Shown here: positions 23,488-30,998 of the stretch, piece after piece
Position numbering within the stretch: the stretch's first letter is position 1
Layout of the letters: each line of letters opens with the position of its first letter
DNA from: Candidatus Saccharimonadota bacterium
GTDB lineage: Bacteria > Patescibacteriota > Saccharimonadia > Saccharimonadales > UBA4665
Assembly (NCBI GenBank): GCA_016700375.1
Contig: CP065016.1
Location: 660,001-692,000 of the forward strand
Reading direction: 5' to 3'
DNA: 32,000 nucleotides
Translations under genes and position numbers: made by a program
The notes under the pieces: generated by a model
What the model was told of the DNA's origin: nothing
What the model saw: the letters and a program-made list of their open reading frames with translations, nothing else
Database searches by the model: none

Positions 23488-23549
23488 CTCCTCCCTGCGG
23501 TACTCGTCAAATACATGCAAGCATGTATTTGATTCCGTTCCTCGTCCGC
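23488..23549 (-). repeat. 62-nt conserved module E, copy 2
   Basis: See 20216-20277. It starts directly after the TTCG of the truncated tRNA. Confidence 0.8.
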
Positions 23550-23605
23550 CGAACCAACATCTGCTCCTTAGGACGGAGTTATTCTATCCGTTGAACTATC
23601 GGGAC
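23550..23605 (-). pseudogene. truncated tRNA-Arg(CCT)-like 5' fragment (positions 1-57)
   Basis: GTCCCGA TA GTTC AACGGATA GAAT A ACTCC GTCCTAA GGAGC AGATG TTGG TTCG, then module E. About 80% identical to the intact tRNA-Arg. No TCGGGAC 3' acceptor strand occurs anywhere nearby. TATAAT lies just upstream (about 23625). Confidence 0.7.
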
Positions 23606-23638
23606 TTGTGAGCACAATAAGTGCTCAATTATAAAGGG

Positions 23639-24151
23639 TTACTTAGCCTTTTTGCGCGGCTGCGTGAAGAATTCGTGTACCGTTTCGTAGGCAAAAAGTT
23701 CACTATCACTAAACCAATGATCTATTTCCTTCTCGGCTTCTTCGGTAGTTGCCGAGGCATGTACCAGGTTTGCCACACCAAACCCTGCCGACGCTGCCTG
23801 ACCGTAAGTAACATGGGCGTAATCTCCGCGAATCGTGCCAGGGAGCGCGGTTTTTGGCTGCGTATCGCCAACCATCTTCCGCACAAACTCCACTGCCTCA
23901 ACACCTTCCAGCACCATAGCAATCACCGGACCAACCTCCATAGCTGCAAGCTGGCTTTCAAAAATTTCGTCGCCCTTACGTGTTTTGAGTGTACCAATGC
24001 CTTCGTAATGCCCATGAAAATGGTCATGATCGGGCTGCACCATCTTCATGCCAATTATCTTGAAGCCGGCGCGCTCAAAACGCGTCATAATCTCTCCTAC
24101 CACGCCGCGCATGACGGCATCTGGTTTAAAAACAACGAGGGTTTGTTCCAT
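23639..24151 (-). CDS. ndk: nucleoside-diphosphate kinase
   Basis: MEQTLVVFKPDAV.RG.VGEI..RFE..GFKI.G.K, PGTIRGDYA, NLVHAS. Start set at MEQT (24151). Confidence 0.85.
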   Translation of the reverse strand: MEQTLVVFKPDAVMRGVVGEIMTRFERAGFKIIGMKMVQPDHDHFHGHYEGIGTLKTRKGDEIFESQLAAMEVGPVIAMVLEGVEAVEFVRKMVGDTQPKTALPGTIRGDYAHVTYGQAASAGFGVANLVHASATTEEAEKEIDHWFSDSELFAYETVHEFFTQPRKKAK

Positions 24152-24222
24152 AGAATCCTTTCTTTTCCTAGCATTGTAACAGATGAGCTGTTTGCTGCCA
24201 ACGTCGCACAATCTGGTGTACA

Positions 24223-25140
24223 ATGAAGCGTATGCAGTTTATCAAAGCTAAAACAGATTTTTTAGAATATCTTGAGATTGAACAAAACCGTTCGCAGAAA
24301 ACGATTCGCAATTACGACCACTACCTAACGCGCCTTGCCGACTACGCCGGTGACATCACCGTGCAGGATATAGACCAAGAACTGGTACGTAAATGGCGAT
24401 TGTGGCTGAACCGACTTGGTACCAATGTAAACGATGAGCTACAAAAAACAACGCTAAATTACCACCTCATTGCCCTGCGTAGCTTTCTAAAATTTTGTCA
24501 TAAACGCGAAATGAAGTGCATGGCACCAGATACCATAGAGCTATCCCGGACGAAACGACCCCAAGTGACATTCCTAAATGAAGAAGAACTCCAGCGTCTA
24601 TTTGACCAGCCCGATTCGAACACAGTGGCCGGACTACGCGATAGAGCAATCCTGGAGCTCCTCTTTAGCTCAGGCCTGCGCGTGTCTGAACTTGTAGGGC
24701 TCGACCGCGATCACATTAACCTCAAACGCCGCGAGTTCATGGTACGGGGAAAAGGCCAAAAAGACCGGCCCATTTTCATTAGCGCAGTGGCAGCCGACTG
24801 GCTTCAGCAGTATCTCGACAAGCGTACCGATACAACAAAACCGCTTTTTATGCGCTACGGTGGCCGGAAAACTGTTGACCGCAGCGGTAATTTCCATCGC
24901 CTCACCGCTCGAAGCGTCCAGCGCCTTGTCGCGCACTACGCCCTACTCGCCGGCATCACCAAACACGTCAGCCCACACACCATGCGCCACTCATTTGCAA
25001 CAAATTTGCTCATGAACGGTGCCGATCTGCGCTCAGTTCAAGCCATGCTCGGCCACAGCAACATCTCTACGACGCAAATCTACACCCACGTCACCGACCC
25101 ACACCTAAAAGCCGTCCACGAAAAATTCCACCATATGTAA
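24223..25140 (+). CDS. tyrosine site-specific recombinase, XerC/XerD-like
   Basis: SAM-like N-terminal domain, RVSEL, HTMRHSFAT, LGHSNISTTQIYTHV. Confidence 0.85.
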   Translation: MKRMQFIKAKTDFLEYLEIEQNRSQKTIRNYDHYLTRLADYAGDITVQDIDQELVRKWRLWLNRLGTNVNDELQKTTLNYHLIALRSFLKFCHKREMKCMAPDTIELSRTKRPQVTFLNEEELQRLFDQPDSNTVAGLRDRAILELLFSSGLRVSELVGLDRDHINLKRREFMVRGKGQKDRPIFISAVAADWLQQYLDKRTDTTKPLFMRYGGRKTVDRSGNFHRLTARSVQRLVAHYALLAGITKHVSPHTMRHSFATNLLMNGADLRSVQAMLGHSNISTTQIYTHVTDPHLKAVHEKFHHM

Positions 25141-25251
25141 TATTTCCTTAATCCGAACTTGGCATAACCAGAGGCTATGAATCATCAAAGCCTTCATCGC
25201 GACAAGACAATACAGGAATGGCCTAGCCCACGAGATTCCCACAGAAAAGTG

Positions 25252-26274
25252 CTATGGGCAGAAAGACGCGTACAGTCCCGGCGCAGCCGTAAATCTTTTG
25301 CACACGCTGGATTGGGATTGTATTGCGCCGGGGGGTAATGTCGGGTCTGGCGTGTTTAACCGAGCGCGAACTTTTATTCTACGCAAAACATCAATCGCCT
25401 TACCGGTGGAGTCTATGCTTGCTTGTGCATTTTTGAAATCAAGGGATGTGGCACCATTAAATGCATCAATCGTGACTGTCTCTGCGTCACGATAGTACAT
25501 GGTAAACCGCGCGTTATAATTTGCTACCTGGGAACCAGCACTCAGTGGAATTGATGCCGTACAAGATGCGGTTGCAGCAACACAGGGCGAAGGTATAATA
25601 TACGCGTTCGATGAACCGATGCTATACGAGGCCGGCCCGCCACCAGCTCTTGTAGGTTGCAAGAAAAATGTAGAAGTCAAGGCATTAAGAGATGCAGCGC
25701 CGCCCGAAAAGTTAAACGGTGCTTTGACGATATCCACCCGAAGTAACCCATAATTACAGCTGTAGCTTATGGACGATCTGAATTGACCGCTTCCAAGAGG
25801 ACAACCGGCAGTTGATGTCGGACCACCTTGGGGCTGGGACCACTTGAATGTTAATCTCGTTGTAGCTACTGGATTACCGCCAGCATCAACTGTATCAAAA
25901 GGGAAAACCGTCGAGGACATAGCATTCAGGCCAGTGATAATATCTGGCACAAATGGATCGACAAGAACACAGGTGTATTTGACGGATGGGTTTACGCTCA
26001 ATGATTGTGCGGGGAAAACAACACCGTCACAAATACTCTGTTCTGCAGTTGGACTCGTTCGAAGCACTTTGAGCGCCTCGTTTACGCCAGACTCTGCAGC
26101 ATAGAATGCTTGAGTACTCAACTGGCGATCAAGCGACTCCCTACGGTTACGATTCGAGACCTGCGTAAAGCCAATAACGATGAGCGTGATGACAAGCATC
26201 ATGATGATGGTAATCATGAACGAAACGAGTCCTTTATCGTCCTTTATCACTAAGCTACTCATGGTTACTTTCAT
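25252..26274 (-). CDS. PilX-like pilus assembly protein / large minor pilin
   Basis: N-terminal hydrophobic helix followed by QAFYAAESGVNEAL (PilX-N pattern). Last gene of the pilin cluster. Confidence 0.6.
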   Translation of the reverse strand: MKVTMSSLVIKDDKGLVSFMITIIMMLVITLIVIGFTQVSNRNRRESLDRQLSTQAFYAAESGVNEALKVLRTSPTAEQSICDGVVFPAQSLSVNPSVKYTCVLVDPFVPDIITGLNAMSSTVFPFDTVDAGGNPVATTRLTFKWSQPQGGPTSTAGCPLGSGQFRSSISYSCNYGLLRVDIVKAPFNFSGGAASLNALTSTFFLQPTRAGGGPASYSIGSSNAYIIPSPCVAATASCTASIPLSAGSQVANYNARFTMYYRDAETVTIDAFNGATSLDFKNAQASIDSTGKAIDVLRRIKVRARLNTPDPTLPPGAIQSQSSVCKRFTAAPGLYASFCP

Positions 26275-26295
26275 TGTACACGACCCCCGTGCTTT

Positions 26296-26982
26296 TTACA
26301 CCCTTTTTTGAACAGTTGTCGTCAATCGACTTGTTGCACAAAACTGCGATCCGGTTCTGCCCTTACAGGTAACATCTGGCGAAGCCCGTAGCTGTGCATC
26401 TGTCAGCGTAACAGCTGTTGAATCACAACTCGATGGGTGCGTGGACGGGGCGCACAGAAGATCATTGTCACCATATGCGATTGAGATGCTTATGCTATAC
26501 ATATTTGATACGGCAGGTATCTGTACAACCGAAAGTTGTGTTATGCGCATCCGTTCGCCTAGTAACTGCTGGCCAGAAAGCAAAGACTGATTGTGGCATA
26601 AGCTACCCGCCATCGCTATTCCATCCATTGGCACCATATATACCCCTCTTTGGCCTGCTAAGCCGGTATACATTGCCCCTGTGGTATCAAACATAAATAG
26701 ATTTCCACCAGCGCAAAAATAGTTATTTACCCCGCTTGGGAACACATTTGCGGTACCAAACTGTATAGCCTGGCTTATAGAATCAATGATTGATCGAGCT
26801 GTATTTTGTGTTGTTGATTGGTTTGAGGCTTTATAGTAACGATTGCTGAAAGACACAATACCCATAGAGATAACGAGCAAGATAACAGAAAACACCATCG
26901 TCGCAATCATCATTTCCGTTATCGTAAATCCCCGCAAGTCACTTTGGATAGTACGTAAACGTTTCATCACCCTGCCGTCCAA
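26296..26982 (-). CDS. minor pilin with prepilin-type N-terminal methylation motif (PilW-like)
   Basis: RGFTITEMMIATMVFSVILLV. The start may be the internal MKRLR. Confidence 0.65.
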   Translation of the reverse strand: MDGRVMKRLRTIQSDLRGFTITEMMIATMVFSVILLVISMGIVSFSNRYYKASNQSTTQNTARSIIDSISQAIQFGTANVFPSGVNNYFCAGGNLFMFDTTGAMYTGLAGQRGVYMVPMDGIAMAGSLCHNQSLLSGQQLLGERMRITQLSVVQIPAVSNMYSISISIAYGDNDLLCAPSTHPSSCDSTAVTLTDAQLRASPDVTCKGRTGSQFCATSRLTTTVQKRV

Positions 26983-27401
26983 TAGTATATTGTTACATTC
27001 GAGGTTCCACCTCCTAGCGTCACCCAGTCGATGTTTACCTTGTAGCGCGAACCAGAGTTCGTAATAGATACCCCGTATTTAGCCCCCCCGTTACTCCGTT
27101 CACAAGCCGCACTATGAGGCGCCGAAATAACGAACACATTAGTACTATTAAAACAGCCGCCACCAGACGAAATACTAGTTGAGCGCAATAGTTCGGCTTG
27201 TTGTTCGGCAAGTTTTTGGGCATACATTTGTTCTTGGGTCTCCTGTGATGCGCGAACATTACGATTCGTAACCGCATAGGCGCTCACAAGCACCATACTC
27301 ACAATACCAACCGCTATCAGCACCTCGACAATGGTATCGCCTGCCTGCTTCCTTCGCGCATGAGCTTTAAAAACACGCATTGTTTCAGCACCCAGTCCCA
27401 T
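26967..27401 (-). CDS. minor pilin (PilV-like)
   Basis: GDTIVEVLIAVGIVSMVLVSAY prepilin motif. The start may be MRVFK (27380). Confidence 0.65.
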   Translation of the reverse strand: MGLGAETMRVFKAHARRKQAGDTIVEVLIAVGIVSMVLVSAYAVTNRNVRASQETQEQMYAQKLAEQQAELLRSTSISSGGGCFNSTNVFVISAPHSAACERSNGGAKYGVSITNSGSRYKVNIDWVTLGGGTSNVTIYYWTAG

Positions 27402-28221
27402 TTTTTATGCTCAGCTTCACTTCTAACCCATTGGAAATGGTGATTAGGCCAGACTGATTCGTACCCCCGCTCTTAAAACAAAGTTCAATGCCATTCGCAA
27501 ACGCAGGGTACCTGTTGGCATACGGGTTGTTCATCTCTTTATTGATGTTGTTTACTTCATCGGATGGGTTCCATGCTCCGTATCCAGCAAGTCTTATTTT
27601 CTGGGATCCCCCGGATCCATTTCCAACCGACTGGAAATCAGCAAATGTAGACAACAGAGCAAATGATTGGACATTTGTATTCCAAGCACCAGCACCGACA
27701 GATCTTCCCTTTACGTACTCAATACTATTCGGTATATCAATTTTGTTTGTCAAATCTGGGATGGACGGGTTGGAGCTCGTTGGGGCGACGGCAGTAATTT
27801 TTGCATCAGCCGCATACTTAACCTCTTGACCGCTTATGAGCCTCCGTGCAGCGAGCGAGTAAACAAAAAAGCTATTCGGATGATCTGCCGGGTCAAAAAC
27901 TAGTGTTTTTCCTGCAAAAATACACTCGCCATTTGTCCCCTGTTCTTTGCCCACCGAAGCAGTAATTGTAACATTGTGTGGGCCGCTATCCGTACAGGTA
28001 AAGCCGCCCGCTGATGGGTAGTTTCCGGTTCGTGTTTCGTTTATACTCTGTTGGATTTGCTGCTGGAGACCGCGTATGCCAACGGCGAACTCAGTCTTCT
28101 GCTGCCGACCATTTATTAGTATAGCCGCACTGAGGAACAGTGCGCTTGTCACAGCCAGGACAATAAGCGTTTCAACAACAGTAAAACCCTGTGCCGGTGT
28201 GGTATCGCCACCCCTAATCAT
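27385..28221 (-). CDS. minor pilin with prepilin-type N-terminus
   Basis: MIRGGDTTPAQGFTVVETLIVLAVTSALFL. The ORF-track version (to 28452) extends into the IS and is rejected. Confidence 0.65.
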   Translation of the reverse strand: MIRGGDTTPAQGFTVVETLIVLAVTSALFLSAAILINGRQQKTEFAVGIRGLQQQIQQSINETRTGNYPSAGGFTCTDSGPHNVTITASVGKEQGTNGECIFAGKTLVFDPADHPNSFFVYSLAARRLISGQEVKYAADAKITAVAPTSSNPSIPDLTNKIDIPNSIEYVKGRSVGAGAWNTNVQSFALLSTFADFQSVGNGSGGSQKIRLAGYGAWNPSDEVNNINKEMNNPYANRYPAFANGIELCFKSGGTNQSGLITISNGLEVKLSIKNGTGC

Positions 28222-28264
28222 ACGCCCAGTATAGCATAAGCGATATGGTAATAGACAATTATTC

Positions 28265-29427
28265 TGACCCACACTCACTTTTTTCCTCCTCCCCGTACAT
28301 GAGCCACCGGTATCGGTGGTAGCAGCGGCGTACGTAGTAGCCGTTGCATATACTCCCAGGCTTGCTTGAACCAGCTCAGTCGTTTCTTGGGATGAATCTT
28401 CTGCTGTTGTTTTGGTAGTACTTTGACCGCATAGCGCCACAGTAACCACCAACCGAGGAAGACAAACAGCAGCAAGTTACGGATGACTTGTGGTTTTCTG
28501 ACTCGTTGCCACTCCAATCGTTGCAACCACTTCACATCCTTGAAGGCTTCTTCAATTTCGAACCTTTCTGCGTAACGGTTCAGGACTTGTCTTCTGGTGA
28601 GGGCCTCTGTTCCCTCGCTCGGTAGGTTGGTCAACAAAAACCAGGGCTCCGGATCCTTCATGTTCGGATTGTAATCCGAACGAATAAGTCGGAGCTTATG
28701 TGTATGGTACGTGATGGGTAATTCCTCATGACTAATGTCATGGATGGGTTCCTTCCACCAGCTGGGATCCCAGGGAAGCTGAACGAGCTTGTCGCTCTTG
28801 GTACGAGCGATGAAGTGCACATCGTACAGGGCAAACAAAGTGAACAGTTTGTCACTAGCAAACCAGCGATCCATGACAAGTACCAGTTGCAGATCTGGTG
28901 CATTAACTTGAAGGAAATGGAACAGTCCCTCCAGCGCCACTAGAAGTGGCGCAATGAGAGCTGCTTCGCTGAGGTTCACCTGACACCAAATGGGTATAGC
29001 TCGACCCTTGCGATGCGACACCGCCAAGATGGCGATACAAAACGGGCCGAATTGAGAGTGGTCCAGAGAGCAGTACCACCGACCAGTATGCGAAGCTAAC
29101 GCTTCGCTAACCAACAATCGCTGCAAGCGCACTGGCAGTTCCTCGTCAGTAACTAACCGACGAATGCGGTTTTCTCCAGTCCAGCGATTCAGCCCAAGCT
29201 TTCGACCAGCAGCGTTGAGCGAACAGAACTCCTGAAGGGAAAACTGTTCAACTCCGAGGAAGAAGCGACGAGCCTTAGCTTTTGGGATGTATGTCGCACG
29301 CAGCCGCTTTACAGCAGTTGCCATCTTTTGTAGTGTAGTCATTAGAAAACGACCTTTCTGTTTTAGCTTTTGTAACCAAAACTGTAGGGTCGTTTTTGTT
29401 ATGTGTCAAAAAAGTGAGTGTGGGTCA
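28265..29427 (-). mobile_element. IS4-family insertion sequence, 1163 bp, 20-bp perfect terminal inverted repeats, 11-bp target duplication
   Basis: tgacccacactcactttttt at 28265-28284 is the reverse complement of 29408-29427. Direct repeat GACAATTATTC occurs at 28254-28264 and 29428-29438. Confidence 0.9.
28275..29342 (-). CDS. DDE transposase (IS4 family)
   Basis: 355 aa. LVMDRWF acidic motif. C-terminal YAERFEIEEAFKDVK fits Y-2-R-3-E-6-K. Confidence 0.85.
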   Translation of the reverse strand: MTTLQKMATAVKRLRATYIPKAKARRFFLGVEQFSLQEFCSLNAAGRKLGLNRWTGENRIRRLVTDEELPVRLQRLLVSEALASHTGRWYCSLDHSQFGPFCIAILAVSHRKGRAIPIWCQVNLSEAALIAPLLVALEGLFHFLQVNAPDLQLVLVMDRWFASDKLFTLFALYDVHFIARTKSDKLVQLPWDPSWWKEPIHDISHEELPITYHTHKLRLIRSDYNPNMKDPEPWFLLTNLPSEGTEALTRRQVLNRYAERFEIEEAFKDVKWLQRLEWQRVRKPQVIRNLLLFVFLGWWLLWRYAVKVLPKQQQKIHPKKRLSWFKQAWEYMQRLLRTPLLPPIPVAHVRGGGKK

Positions 29428-29440
29428 GACAATTATTCTT

Positions 29441-30292
29441 TCACAATAGAGAGCTGGTATACCACTCGCCGATACGGTCTGAAAAAAGTACTACCAGAAT
29501 ACAGGCTGCTAAGAGGTATGGCCCAAAAGGTATGTGCTTTTGTAGACCTGCTTTTCCCTGTTTTAGCAAAGGTATGCTGCCTAGAGTGCCCAGCATCGAT
29601 GCGAAGAAAAGCACCAGCAGCGCCTTGATTGGATTGACTGCAATGATACCGAGCGGCAAAGCCAATTTGACATCTCCCCCGCCAATCCCTTGCCCGTCCG
29701 AAATTTGATAAATAAACCAAAACAATCCGAACAATAGTATCCCACCTAGAGCAGGATCAATAAGCAGGCGCCACTCTCGGTGAAGTATACTCATTGCAGC
29801 TGCCTGCAAGATAGCAACCCCGAGTAGAGTAAAGACTAGTTTATCGGGTAGAATGTACCATTTGTAATCATATACCCCTAGTGCAACAAACAGTACGCTA
29901 CAAATGAGCGTAAAGATAAATAAAACCAAACCAATCCCATGAAGTGCAAACGGCCAGCACAAAAACAAACCAACAAATAGCAAGCCGGTGAAACATTCCA
30001 CCAGAGGATACTGGCGAGAAATAGTTTTATGGCAATACCGACATCTCCCATGTAACATCAGCCAGCTAACGAGCGGGATAAGATCTTTAGCAGCCAATAC
30101 ATGGTAACAGCGCGTACACACGCTCCTCCCGGTCCAGATTGATAAGTTTGCGTTCCGATGCCTGGCTGCACGTTTCGAATTATTCTTTCTATGGGTTGGA
30201 TTAATTTGAGCATGCAGCCTCCAAACGAGGGCATTAACAAAACTTCCGCACAATAACCCGAAAAAAAATAAAACGATAACCATTTCAATCAT
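29441..30292 (-). CDS. pilD: prepilin peptidase (A24 family)
   Basis: GSFVNALVWRL, CTRC...CRYC zinc motif, GGGDVKL. Polytopic membrane protein. Confidence 0.9.
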   Translation of the reverse strand: MIEMVIVLFFFGLLCGSFVNALVWRLHAQINPTHRKNNSKRAARHRNANLSIWTGRSVCTRCYHVLAAKDLIPLVSWLMLHGRCRYCHKTISRQYPLVECFTGLLFVGLFLCWPFALHGIGLVLFIFTLICSVLFVALGVYDYKWYILPDKLVFTLLGVAILQAAAMSILHREWRLLIDPALGGILLFGLFWFIYQISDGQGIGGGDVKLALPLGIIAVNPIKALLVLFFASMLGTLGSIPLLKQGKAGLQKHIPFGPYLLAACILVVLFSDRIGEWYTSSLL

Positions 30293-30327
30293 AATAGCAA
30301 GTTTGCTGGCCTGTGGCTATTCACCGC

Positions 30328-30355
30328 ACAAGAGCGTCCCTCAGGACGCTCTTGT
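30328..30355 (-). terminator. 12-bp perfect stem-loop downstream of the major pilin gene (attenuator or stabiliser; no T-run)
   Basis: ACAAGAGCGTCC tgag GGACGCTCTTGT. Confidence 0.4.
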
Positions 30356-30386
30356 AACTACCGACGGATTGCAATTGTAACCGAGG

Positions 30387-30866
30387 CTAACTCTCTGTGC
30401 ACTGACGAGCGACACCGGTGCCACCAGTCTCGACGACATAGGTAGCCGCCACAGCACGAGGTTTGGCGGTAGGTGTATTTGCATTACAGCCGTAGTTTAT
30501 TCGAATATTTATGATACCCGTATCCGCAATGGCCGAGGGATCTGCCCCATTAAACCGAATTTGTGTTCCGGCTCTCACCTTAGATGTCACCGGACTGTCA
30601 GGAGTGTTACCAATGACGACATCTGTCGCGCCGCCGGGATCGGGGATATTTGACGGCATCTTACCATTGTTCGCGGCCTGAAACTCATTCACACCGCTCA
30701 AAACATTGGACGCATCATTCCGAATGGCAGTATTCCGACTATTCCGCTGCAATGCCGGTACCGCCAGGAAGACAATGAGCAGAATAAGACCGGCTATAGC
30801 TAGTACTATCAACACTTCAATAATTGTGAACCCCTGTTGCTTAGATCGCTGTGTAGTTTTTTGCAT
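30387..30866 (-). CDS. pilA: type IV major pilin
   Basis: QQGFTIIEVLIVLAIAGLILLIVFLAV. 159 aa, with its own strong promoter. Confidence 0.8.
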   Translation of the reverse strand: MQKTTQRSKQQGFTIIEVLIVLAIAGLILLIVFLAVPALQRNSRNTAIRNDASNVLSGVNEFQAANNGKMPSNIPDPGGATDVVIGNTPDSPVTSKVRAGTQIRFNGADPSAIADTGIINIRINYGCNANTPTAKPRAVAATYVVETGGTGVARQCTES

Positions 30867-30910
30867 ATAGCAAGTGCCCCTTTGCTTATTTAATTCTACT
30901 TATGCTTCAA

Positions 30911-30939
30911 ATAATACTGAATGGTTTAGCATATTGCAA
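30911..30939 (-). promoter_or_regulatory. sigma70-type promoter for pilA
   Basis: On the minus strand: TTGCAA (30939-30934), 17-nt spacer, TATTAT (30916-30911). Confidence 0.5.
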
Positions 30940-30998
30940 TAGGTGATATTCATGTATTGAGTCTCGCACGCTGCAGTAAGACCGTTCTGTGAAATATC

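Noticed and set aside
24152-24235. Leaderless xerC/D mRNA (TACAAT overlapping the annotated ATG, second ATG 7 nt downstream of the box)
   Set aside because: It rests on a single -10-like hexamer and cannot be supported without transcript-start data.
27385-28452. Long (355-aa) version of the minor-pilin ORF
   Set aside because: The first 77 codons lie inside the IS4-family element and overlap its transposase gene. The prepilin leader MIRGG...GFTVVE begins at 28221.
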